Source of the DNA: Chthoniobacterales bacterium
Lineage (GTDB): Bacteria; Verrucomicrobiota; Verrucomicrobiia; Chthoniobacterales; Chthoniobacteraceae
Direction of reading: 5' to 3'
DNA length: 55,369 nucleotides
Assembly (NCBI GenBank): GCA_038207335.1
Contig: JBBQZX010000033.1
Coordinates: 1-55,369 of the forward strand
Shown here: positions 48,208-55,369 of the stretch, one piece after another
Layout of the letters: each line of letters begins with the position of its first letter
How positions within the stretch are numbered: the stretch's first letter is position 1
Position numbers and translations under genes: made by a program
Notes under the pieces: generated by a model
Databases searched by the model: none
What the model was told of the DNA's origin: nothing
Seen by the model: only the letters and a program-made list of their open reading frames with translations

Positions 48208-49167
48208 TCACTTGCTCTCCCGGAGCGCCGCGGCGATCGCAGACAGCAGCGAGTGATCCCCTTTCGCATCCTCATCGAGAGACCAAATCATAATGCCTGC
48301 GAGACCTTGTTCTTTGGAAAAGCGGACCTTGGCTTGGATTGTCGGGATTCCGTTGTACCAGATCGTCTCGCCCGTTTCGTCCTTCATCTCCGCGCCCGGA
48401 TGCGCGGCGACGATGGCAGAATAGGCATAGTCCCCTTTGCGAAAATCTTTGCCAAAGCCGTAGCCGTAAAAGGGTACGCCGAGCACCGCTTTTTCCTTCG
48501 GCAAACCGCGCCCCAGCCAGTAGCTCACATTCTCTTTCGCAAAGCTCAGCGACGAATGCTGCCCCGGCGAATTGCGATCCCATGGCCCCGCCCCGTCGTA
48601 GGCCATGATGTTCACGAAATCGAACCACTCGAAGACCGAGCCCGGCACATTCGCGCCGCCGTATCCGCGAGAAAGCGCCGCCGTCAGCAGCTTGCCTTCC
48701 GCCCGCATCGCCGCGCCCAACTCCGTGATGAATGCACCGTAGTCCTTGTTGATCGACGGCCCCTCAATATCCACATCCAGCCCATCGAAATCATGAGCCT
48801 TCACGTAGGTCACGAGCTTCGCCACGAACTCCGTGCGTTTTTCCGCTCCGATCAGTTTAAAATATCGCGCCTGCAGCGCCTTGTCACCGGAAGCCGAACC
48901 GCCGCCGATGGAAACGAGAACGCGAATCCGGTGCGCGTGCGCCTCCGCGATAAGCGTTGCATCCTGCCTTGAAAAAGTCAGATCGCCTTCCTCATTCGAC
49001 GGGTTCTCGAATGCCACGTTGACGTGCGTCAGCTTCGCGTAGTCGATCGTCTTGGCAAACGCAGCGAGGTCGATCCAGTTCGGCACATAAGCCACGACTT
49101 TTTCTTCACTCCACGCAGGCAGTGTGCAGACGAAAAGGAGAGCCGCTAAGGGAACGAAAGATTTCAT
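48208..49167 (-). CDS. Secreted glycoside hydrolase family 18 (chitinase-like)
   Basis: Signal peptide from ATG 49167; VLVSIGG, catalytic FDGLDVDIE, NIMAYD, LGVPFYG, GIMIWSL. Confidence 0.92.
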   Translation of the reverse strand: MKSFVPLAALLFVCTLPAWSEEKVVAYVPNWIDLAAFAKTIDYAKLTHVNVAFENPSNEEGDLTFSRQDATLIAEAHAHRIRVLVSIGGGSASGDKALQARYFKLIGAEKRTEFVAKLVTYVKAHDFDGLDVDIEGPSINKDYGAFITELGAAMRAEGKLLTAALSRGYGGANVPGSVFEWFDFVNIMAYDGAGPWDRNSPGQHSSLSFAKENVSYWLGRGLPKEKAVLGVPFYGYGFGKDFRKGDYAYSAIVAAHPGAEMKDETGETIWYNGIPTIQAKVRFSKEQGLAGIMIWSLDEDAKGDHSLLSAIAAALRESK

Positions 49168-49242
49168 GGAGCACGCGAAACGTAGCTTTTCGGCCAAAGC
49201 GGGCAAGGTCAGGCTATAAACCTGCTCAGGGGGGGGTTTCCG

Positions 49243-49820
49243 ATGCGCCCCTCCATTGCCTGCCTCCTCCTGCTTCTCCCAGCGTCCGCATTCTCGCGTC
49301 TCGGCGACACGCGCGACCAAGCCGAGGCGCGCTACGGCTTGGAGAAAAGTGAAACCTCGCCAAAATCCAGCACGCTCCTCCCCGGCGCGCTCGAGCTGAA
49401 ATTCGAGTTTCACGGCTGGATCATCCGCTGCGCCCTGCTGCGGGCGACGGATGAGAAGGATTACGTCGTGCGCGAGGAATATCGAAAGTCTGGAACCCGG
49501 AGGTGGAGAAAAAGGGCGGCGTAAGCGAAATTCGCGATTTCGAACGCAACGCGATCCTGGATGGAGAGGGCAGCACAAAGTCATGGCAGGAAAAGCTGCT
49601 CGGCACTCCGGGGTCATCCAATGCTCAAACGCTCCCAAAACTGGTAATGCAACTTTCCGGGATTACGGGAAAAGTCTGGGTGCGGCAGGATGGGGCCGTC
49701 GCGCGAATCAACAGTGCTACCGACATCCTCCTGCTCGATCTGTCCCAGGCGCGAAAATTCGAAGCAGAGCGTAAGATGGTCAAAGAGCAAACCGCGCACA
49801 AAGCCGCGCCAGCGTTCTAA
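49243..49820 (+). pseudogene. Secreted hypothetical protein split by a 1-nt frameshift near 49487
   Basis: Signal peptide + RLGDT. Restoring one base at CGA-AA-GTC-TGG joins ORFs 49243..49524 and 49503..49820. Confidence 0.6.
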
Positions 49821-49895
49821 GGCGCCAGCAGCCGTCCGCCTCGAGGCTTCAAATGCGTGGATTGCGGGCGGAGTGGAAGCGTTCCAGTCTCTGGT

Positions 49896-50375
49896 GTGAA
49901 CAAGCACGAGTTACTGGATCAAATTATTGCTCATCTTTCAGCAGAGATCGAGGCCTACGAAAAAAGTGCGCGCTCCGCGCATGCCGAGGCCACGCACGAG
50001 CAAAATAAAGCCGAGAATAAATACGATACTCGCGCCTTGGAGGCCTCTTATCTGGCCCATGGACAGTCAAAGCAGGCAGCCGACGCGCACGTAGCGCTCC
50101 AGCAGTTCCAGGCCCTCGCGTCGCGAGCGTTTGGATCAGGGAACTTGGTGGATCTCGGCGCGCTAGTTGAATTGACCGCCCACGAAGATCATTCCTTTTA
50201 CTTCATCGGACCGCGCGCGGGCGGCATCGAAATCACCCAAGACGGAAACACCGTCCTCGTCCTCACCCCGCAGTCGCCACTGGGACGGCAACTCATGGGA
50301 AAGCGAAAGGGTGATCGAGTCAAAATCGAGCAATCTGGTATCAAGAAGGAATACCTGATCAGTGCGGTGTCGTGA
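49896..50375 (+). CDS. GreA/GreB-family protein (non-canonical N-terminus)
   Basis: KAENKYDTRALEASYLAHGQ, LGALVEL, LTPQSPLGRQLMGK..GD. Confidence 0.85.
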   Translation: MNKHELLDQIIAHLSAEIEAYEKSARSAHAEATHEQNKAENKYDTRALEASYLAHGQSKQAADAHVALQQFQALASRAFGSGNLVDLGALVELTAHEDHSFYFIGPRAGGIEITQDGNTVLVLTPQSPLGRQLMGKRKGDRVKIEQSGIKKEYLISAVS

Positions 50376-50393
50376 CCACTGAGGAAATAAAAG

Positions 50394-51656
50394 TCAGTCC
50401 CGAATTGCGGCACAAACCATCTCCAGCACCCGCCTCAATCCATCGTCTCCTCCCATGCTACCTTCGTTGAATGGAGTCCGAGGTATCGGTTGCCAGTTGT
50501 CGCGGGAAGTATCCGGTGGAGGCTGTGACAGTCCCGTCAGCGCAGTATCATATTGTGAATCTTTGCCGCCTAACTTGTAGATCACCAGATCCAGTGACGG
50601 AACGATGAAGATTCCAAAGCCACCTGCCCCTGATTTGTAGTAGGCATCTTTGGGAGCGCCGGCGACGTGGTCATCCGAGTTGTTCTCGAACTGCAGCGTG
50701 AATGGGCAGTGCGGATTGAACTTCGACGGCTGGTTGCAAAGCGCGATGTAATCCGCGGGAACAAGCTGCTGCTCACCCCATTTGCCGTGATGGAGCAGGC
50801 AGTAACAGAAACGCAACGCATCCGTCGCGTGAACAGCGATACTCCCAGCCCCATTGGCATGCGGCATGTCGAAATCGCCTCGACGCAGGCAATAGCCCCA
50901 AGCTCCCCAACCCATCGGCTGGGCCAATCGCTCACGGATGTAGTCCTGCAATTCCATCCCGGTCACATGCCTGAGAACGATGGATGCGATGTGCGGCGAA
51001 GGTGAAGAGTAGGAGTATCCCGCACCGGGATCCGTCCAGAGCGGGACGTGCAAAGAGGATGAATCCAGTTCACGAATGTTCTGACCTGGCACGGGCTTTA
51101 ACTGCGTGACCTTTCCGTTGACGATCCCTGTAGGTGCCTGCCCCTCACCCCAGAACCCGGCGCTCATGCACAGCAACTGTCCGAGCGAGATCTCGGCTTT
51201 GCGGGGATCATCCAATGGCAATGCCTCCGGGAGATACTTCTCGTTGAACACCTTGGTTTCGAGCCCGTCTGGAACCTTGCCCTGAAACTCTTTGAGCATG
51301 ATGCCGCAAGCGATGCTCGTGTAAGCCTTCCCCGTGGAAGCCATGTCGGGATTGGCGTCGCGGCTGGCTCTCCCAAAGTATTTCTCGAAGACAAGATAGC
51401 CATGCCTGACGACGAGAAGCCCTCCATTTTGAGTGCATCGCTGGGTGAAATCGTATGCCCGCTCCAGCCTTTGGAGATCCATTCCCGCAAGGTCACCAAC
51501 CTGTTGGGCATCTTTCGTGGTTCGCCATCCTCCCTCGGTGTCCGGCACCGGAAAGTATTCTGAGGCATTAAGAATCCCTGCGAAAGTGAGTATGCAGATT
51601 GAGCAGCTTGCTGCCAAAAACCGAGAGTAATGCGCGCGCTTCATCATTAACCTCAT
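50394..51656 (-). CDS. Serine hydrolase, beta-lactamase-related family
   Basis: Signal peptide; LLVVRHGYLVFEKY, SxxK (ASTGK), YSYS, YYKSGAGG. Confidence 0.85.
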   Translation of the reverse strand: MRLMMKRAHYSRFLAASCSICILTFAGILNASEYFPVPDTEGGWRTTKDAQQVGDLAGMDLQRLERAYDFTQRCTQNGGLLVVRHGYLVFEKYFGRASRDANPDMASTGKAYTSIACGIMLKEFQGKVPDGLETKVFNEKYLPEALPLDDPRKAEISLGQLLCMSAGFWGEGQAPTGIVNGKVTQLKPVPGQNIRELDSSSLHVPLWTDPGAGYSYSSPSPHIASIVLRHVTGMELQDYIRERLAQPMGWGAWGYCLRRGDFDMPHANGAGSIAVHATDALRFCYCLLHHGKWGEQQLVPADYIALCNQPSKFNPHCPFTLQFENNSDDHVAGAPKDAYYKSGAGGFGIFIVPSLDLVIYKLGGKDSQYDTALTGLSQPPPDTSRDNWQPIPRTPFNEGSMGGDDGLRRVLEMVCAAIRD

Positions 51657-51672
51657 AGATGGTCATCGATGT

Positions 51673-52128
51673 TCATGGCGAGAATTCTTGGATTCGCGAC
51701 GCCAATGACTTCGTGACTTTGCGGTGCGGGATCGTCGCCTCCACGAACGGCTCACCAATCGGGTCGTAGCCTAGCTTTTCGTAAAACTCCAAAGCTGTCT
51801 GTCGCGCGTGAGCAAACACCGTCTGAAAACCACGCTTCATTGCAACCCCTTCGGCACTCGAGACAAGCTTTGCTCCGACGCCTTGCCTTTGGAGATCCGG
51901 ATGCACTGCCACTTGTCTCATCTTTACCGTCGCCGCATCAATCGGCTTCAGCAGCAGGATTGCCATCAACCGATCACCGTCGAAACCCGCCAGATGGATG
52001 CAGTTAATTTCATCGCCCAGCTCTTCATCGGAGAAGGTCAGGCCCAGCGGCATCCTCAATACCGATGCCCTCAATCGCAAGGCATCGGCATGTTCGACTG
52101 ACCCGACTGCGATTTCGCGAAAAGTCAT
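51673..52128 (-). CDS. GNAT N-acetyltransferase
   Basis: VLRMPLGL, KMRQVAV..QRQGVG, HAR..FYEKLGY, IPH. Confidence 0.9.
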   Translation of the reverse strand: MTFREIAVGSVEHADALRLRASVLRMPLGLTFSDEELGDEINCIHLAGFDGDRLMAILLLKPIDAATVKMRQVAVHPDLQRQGVGAKLVSSAEGVAMKRGFQTVFAHARQTALEFYEKLGYDPIGEPFVEATIPHRKVTKSLASRIQEFSP

Positions 52129-52176
52129 GAACTGGTAGAGGGTCGCCTATCGGACGAGCGCGTTTCCCAACCGCCG

Positions 52177-52533
52177 TCACCGCACGAGGCCACACTCTCC
52201 TTCAAACCACGCCGCATTCAGGTGAGCCAAGGGGCCCTTGAGCTTTTCGAGTTCGTCGGAAGGCCCGTGGAATTCAATCCGTGCGAGATCGGAATTCGTC
52301 AGCATTTCCGCCAGCAGATCACCGACGTTGGCGAGATGCGCGAGCACGCTTTCAGCATCCACATACGCTTCACGGCAGAAAATCTCGTCATCGTTGATGG
52401 TGAATTCGTAGTGCAGGACTTTTTGTTCGCTGGCGGTCTTCTCGACGAAGCGCGGAAGGAGAGCTTTCGCGGCGTGAAGTTTTCCAGAGTGCACTTTGAA
52501 ATACGGGTGGATGCTAACCGGAGAGATATTCAT
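52177..52533 (-). CDS. Putative quinol monooxygenase / ABM-like protein
   Basis: VSIHPYFKV, CREAYVDAESVLAHLANV, EFHGP. Confidence 0.72.
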   Translation of the reverse strand: MNISPVSIHPYFKVHSGKLHAAKALLPRFVEKTASEQKVLHYEFTINDDEIFCREAYVDAESVLAHLANVGDLLAEMLTNSDLARIEFHGPSDELEKLKGPLAHLNAAWFEGECGLVR

Positions 52534-52642
52534 GGGTCTTCCTCAGACTATCCGGGCGATTCTGGCAAACGAGAAAATCCGAGGAGAGGGTGGACCTCAA
52601 TTTCATCGTGCATAGGAACAAGGTCGATGAGTTGATGGTCGC

Positions 52643-52864
52643 ATGAGCCAGCCAAATCCGAACGATCCTCTCCATGGAATCACACTCGAGAAAATCCTGG
52701 TTTTTCTCGTGGAGAACTACGGATGGGAGGAACTCGGCCAGCGCATCGAAATCCGATGTTTCAACTGTGACCCGAGCATCAACTCGAGTTTGAAGTTTTT
52801 GAGGAAGACGGAGTGGGCGCGAAAGAAGGTCGAAGCCCTTTATCTTTGGACGAAAGAGCCGTGA
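52643..52864 (+). CDS. VF530-family (DUF2132) small DNA-binding protein
   Basis: [40 protein letters not shown]. Confidence 0.9.
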   Translation: MSQPNPNDPLHGITLEKILVFLVENYGWEELGQRIEIRCFNCDPSINSSLKFLRKTEWARKKVEALYLWTKEP

Positions 52865-52932
52865 GACCGGACGAACTCGAAATGCGTGGCGCGCACGTCC
52901 AGACACGAACACTCTCGTGAGTGGATTTGCTT

Positions 52933-52958
52933 CTCCCCTTTTGGAAATCCAAGGGGAG
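52933..52958 (-). terminator. Hairpin directly downstream of the tRNA-Gly 3' remnant
   Basis: CTCCCCTT...AAGGGGAG 8-bp stem. Confidence 0.55.
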
Positions 52959-52985
52959 AGCGGGTGAAGAGACTCGAACTCTCGA
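52959..52985 (-). mobile_element. tRNA-Gly 3'-end fragment; probable att site of an integrated element extending to the right
   Basis: Minus strand TCGAGAGTTCGAGTCTCTTCACCCGCT = T-arm + acceptor 3' strand CACCCGC + U discriminator. No D or anticodon arm upstream. Confidence 0.75.
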
Positions 52986-53045
52986 TTCGAGTCTAGCCCT
53001 TGGATAACTCCAACTCACTCTGTAGAAACACATCGCTGGACGTCT

Positions 53046-53080
53046 TTGACACGCCTGGATGTTCTGACTACGTTCTGACT
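53046..53080 (+). promoter_or_regulatory. Sigma70-like promoter overlapped by a 9-bp direct repeat
   Basis: TTGACA(53046)-17 bp-TACGTT(53069). GTTCTGACT at 53061 and 53072. ATG 53082 sits at the expected start site, implying a leaderless transcript. Confidence 0.62.
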
Positions 53081-53081
53081 T

Positions 53082-53192
53082 ATGGCGACACTAATCAGAG
53101 ACTCGCAAGGGCGCTCGGGCACAGAGCATAGTCCTCTCGACTTGCTCGTTCCTCGTAGCATTAACTTCCTACTTCAACGCGCCAAACAATGA
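53082..53192 (+). pseudogene. 36-codon ORF beginning like an integrase N-terminus (stub)
   Basis: MATLIRDSQGRS then unrelated GTEHSPLD...AKQ*. Located about 100 bp inside the att site and ends 10 nt before attC1. Confidence 0.45.
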
Positions 53193-53202
53193 GACCGGAA
53201 AC

Positions 53203-53317
53203 GCCTAACCATGCGCTGCAGCGAACTGCTCCGGGCGTCACGGCTCCTGCTCCCCGCAGACCCGCCGCGCAGGAGCCGCGCCGCCCCCCGCAGTCGCTGA
53301 GCTTGGGGTCGTTAGGC
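53203..53317 (+). mobile_element. Integron attC site (attC1, 115 bp)
   Basis: R'' GCCTAAC ... R' GTTAGGC are exact complements; inner pairings CAGCGA/TCGCTG and CGGCTCCTGC/GCAGGAGCCG form a long hairpin. Confidence 0.88.
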
Positions 53318-53346
53318 GCTCCTACGCGCTCACTGTGAATGAAGCC

Positions 53347-53781
53347 ATGAAAATAGTCGTCCTTGCGCTGACTCTCTTGCTCATCCCCTCTCTTACCCGT
53401 GCGGAGGAGTATGATTTCCGCTCTGACCGTTACGGGGACATCTTTCTCTACACCGACAAAGGCAAAGAGCGGGTCGTTGTCATGCGGACCAGCAAGACAC
53501 CCGGAAATGAGGAAACAATCTTTGAGTCCCGCCTCACCCCTTCCGGCGTCGGAATCTACGTGACGCCGAAGGGCACCGTATTCACGCTCAAACACCTTCC
53601 AGCGCCAGTTATCAATGATGGCAACCGGCACATTAACAGCGGCGACTGGCAGCTCACCGTCAGCGGACACGGTGCTGAATTCAAGCGCCTGAAACCCAAA
53701 ATGCCCATTGTAGAGCTCGAGGAAACGCCGCCGCTCGTGTATCTTGGCTCAAAGGCGAATCTAAAACTCTTCCGCCCGTAA
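53347..53781 (+). CDS. Integron cassette gene: secreted hypothetical protein
   Basis: Signal peptide MKIVVLALTLLLIPSLTRA; lies between attC1 and attC2. Confidence 0.72.
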   Translation: MKIVVLALTLLLIPSLTRAEEYDFRSDRYGDIFLYTDKGKERVVVMRTSKTPGNEETIFESRLTPSGVGIYVTPKGTVFTLKHLPAPVINDGNRHINSGDWQLTVSGHGAEFKRLKPKMPIVELEETPPLVYLGSKANLKLFRP

Positions 53782-53907
53782 GGATGGTCTTCGTCCTTCT
53801 CCGCACGCTGCCAAAGTGGCGTAGCCTTTGGGGTTTACCTCTCGGCAGTGAGTGGTTGGGCCTGCCTCTTTTATGGTTTCGGATCCACGAGAGACTCCAA
53901 TGAATGC

Positions 53908-53947
53908 GCCTAACCAAATCGATGCAGCTAACTGCTCCGAGTCGTTA
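53908..53947 (+). mobile_element. Left arm of a second attC (attC2), cut off by the IS
   Basis: GCCTAACCAAATCGATGCAGCTAACTGCTCCG aligns with the attC1 start GCCTAACCATGCGCTGCAGCGAACTGCTCCG. Confidence 0.75.
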
Positions 53948-55369
53948 GGAGCCTGTTGAAAAACCTCGCCAGAGCGTGGGCCGATTGAGTAGGAGGAGGG
54001 ATGTTCAAGCCGCGCCAAAAGAAGCCGCAGCAAAAGGAGTTTTGGGTGGCGGCGGATCGTCTGCCGCAGGCCAGTCCGAGTCGGTTTTATGAGTTACTCA
54101 ATGGAACTCGAAAAGATGAAGTTCGCGGAGCAAGTGTGGGCGGGTTGTGCGGCGGCCTATGCCGACGCGGCCCGGGGCGGGCGGCCGGGGATTGATCCAG
54201 TGGTTTATTTCAAGATGTTGATGATCGGCTTCTTTGAGGGCCTGGGCAGCGAGCGGGAGATTGCGGCGCGGTGCGCGGACTCTCTTTCCCTGCGGGGCTT
54301 TCTGGGCTACCGGCTCGACGAGGCGACGCCGGACCATTCCAGCATGACGGTGATTCGGCAGCGGCTGGGGAGTGAGTGCTTTGAGCAGGTGTTCGCCCTG
54401 GTGCTGGCGGCGCTGCATCGGCACGGGCTGCTCAAGGGCCGGCATCTGGGGATCGACTCCAGCGTGATCGAGGCCAACGCCAGCCTGCGCAGCCTGAGCG
54501 AGCGCAACACCGAGGAGGCTTACTGGGACTATGTGCAGAGACTAGCCAAAGAAGCCGGCCTGGAGACGACGGAGGGCGCGGCCTTGCGCAACTTCGATCG
54601 CAAACGGACGGGCAAGAAGCTCAGCAATGAGCAGTGGCAAAACGCGCATGACCCGGACGCGAAGATCGGCCGAACCAAGGATGGGGCCACCGACATGGTC
54701 TATCTGCCCGAACACACCGTGGACCTGGAGACGGGCGCGATCGTCCAAGCGCAGGTGCTGCCCGGCGATCACCGGGACAGCGAAGACTTGAGCACCCGCG
54801 TCATCGAGGCGGTAATCAACGTGCAGGTCGCGCAGGGCGTGACCGATCAGGAGAAGGTGCCGCAGACACTGACCGCGGACAAAGGTTACTTCTCTTTGGA
54901 GGAGATCGGACGCCTGCAGGAACTAACATTGAAGACGGTGATCAGCGACCCACGCCGGGACCAACGACGGTTGGACAAACTCGAGCCCGCCCAGCGTCAG
55001 ACCCTGGCCCGAGCGCAACGTTCGGCGAGCAGCAAGTATGGCCGGGCGTTACTGCGCAAACGAGGTCAGCACATCGAACGCAGCTTTGCCCATCTGCTCG
55101 ACGCCGGCGGTCTGCGGCGGGCCACCGTCCGGGGACTGGAGAACCTCAACAAACGGCACCAGATCGCTGCCGCCTGCTACAATCTCTCCCAACTCCTGCG
55201 CCGCCTCTACGGAATAGGCACTCCCAAGCAGTGGGCGGCTTGTTTTTGGCTCCTGATTGTGGTCTGCAAGGCACTTCTCCTCCGCTTGGGCGCCCTTCGG
55301 TCCACCCACCGCCCAAATCTCTCCACAACTGCCGACGTTCTCGCCTTTAACCGGGTATCTGGATTCGGC
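53948..55369 (+). mobile_element. Insertion sequence, IS1182/IS5-like (right end outside the window)
   Basis: Candidate left end GGAGCCTGTTGAAAAAC; RBS AGGAGG before ATG 54001; DDE transposase follows. Confidence 0.85.
54001..55369 (+). pseudogene. DDE transposase with a frameshift near 54106; runs off the window end
   Basis: MFKPRQ..FYELLNG then a shift to LEKMKF..GRPGIDPVVYFKML..PDHSSM..GIDSSVIEANAS..DPDAKI..TADKGY..IERSF..AACYNL. Confidence 0.85.

Noticed and set aside
52959..52985. Complete tRNA-Gly gene
   Set aside because: Only the T-arm and 3' acceptor strand are present; the upstream sequence cannot form D or anticodon arms
53161..53670. 169-aa minus-strand ORF across attC1
   Set aside because: Antisense to the cassette gene and runs through the attC palindrome
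53784..53903. 39-codon ORF (MVFVLLRTLPKW...) before attC2
   Set aside because: Too short, with no RBS or motif to support it, although its position would suit a second cassette ORF
53908..53950. Complete 43-bp mini-attC ending GTTAGGA
   Set aside because: Shorter than known attC sites, no L' box pairing, and the final bases belong to the IS end; better explained as an interrupted attC

Overview
High-GC bacterial chromosome segment. Gene families and synteny suggest Verrucomicrobiota/PVC (inference). From left to right: (1) a 5'-truncated PAS-HK-REC hybrid kinase. (2) Topoisomerase IV parE and parC, separated by four co-oriented accessory genes (PIN-GNAT-EVE-like fusion, ASCH protein, antitoxin, VapC). 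(3) An OmpR/CpxR-like two-component operon with an LMW-PTP-like gene, divergent from a Spy/CpxP-like gene. (4) A type II secretion-like operon (E,F,G,H,I,J,K,L,M,C-like) whose secretin is split into two signal-peptide-bearing genes, with the break inside an N-domain. (5) An ECF sigma factor with a 1228-aa mosaic Ser/Thr kinase, followed by accessory genes and secreted CAZymes (GH5, CE4-like, GH18). (6) tRNA-Glu(CTC) with a decayed integrase beside it. (7) pabB-like, ExbB/ExbD/TonB-like genes and a large secreted beta-propeller protein. (8) ilvB interrupted by one amber codon. (9) At the right end, a tRNA-Gly 3' att remnant, an integrase stub, integron attC sites with one cassette, and an IS1182/IS5-like element inserted in the second attC. 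No CRISPR array or rRNA was seen. All family calls come from reading motifs by eye, without database searches. Many start codons were moved from the ORF track using overlaps and signal peptides.
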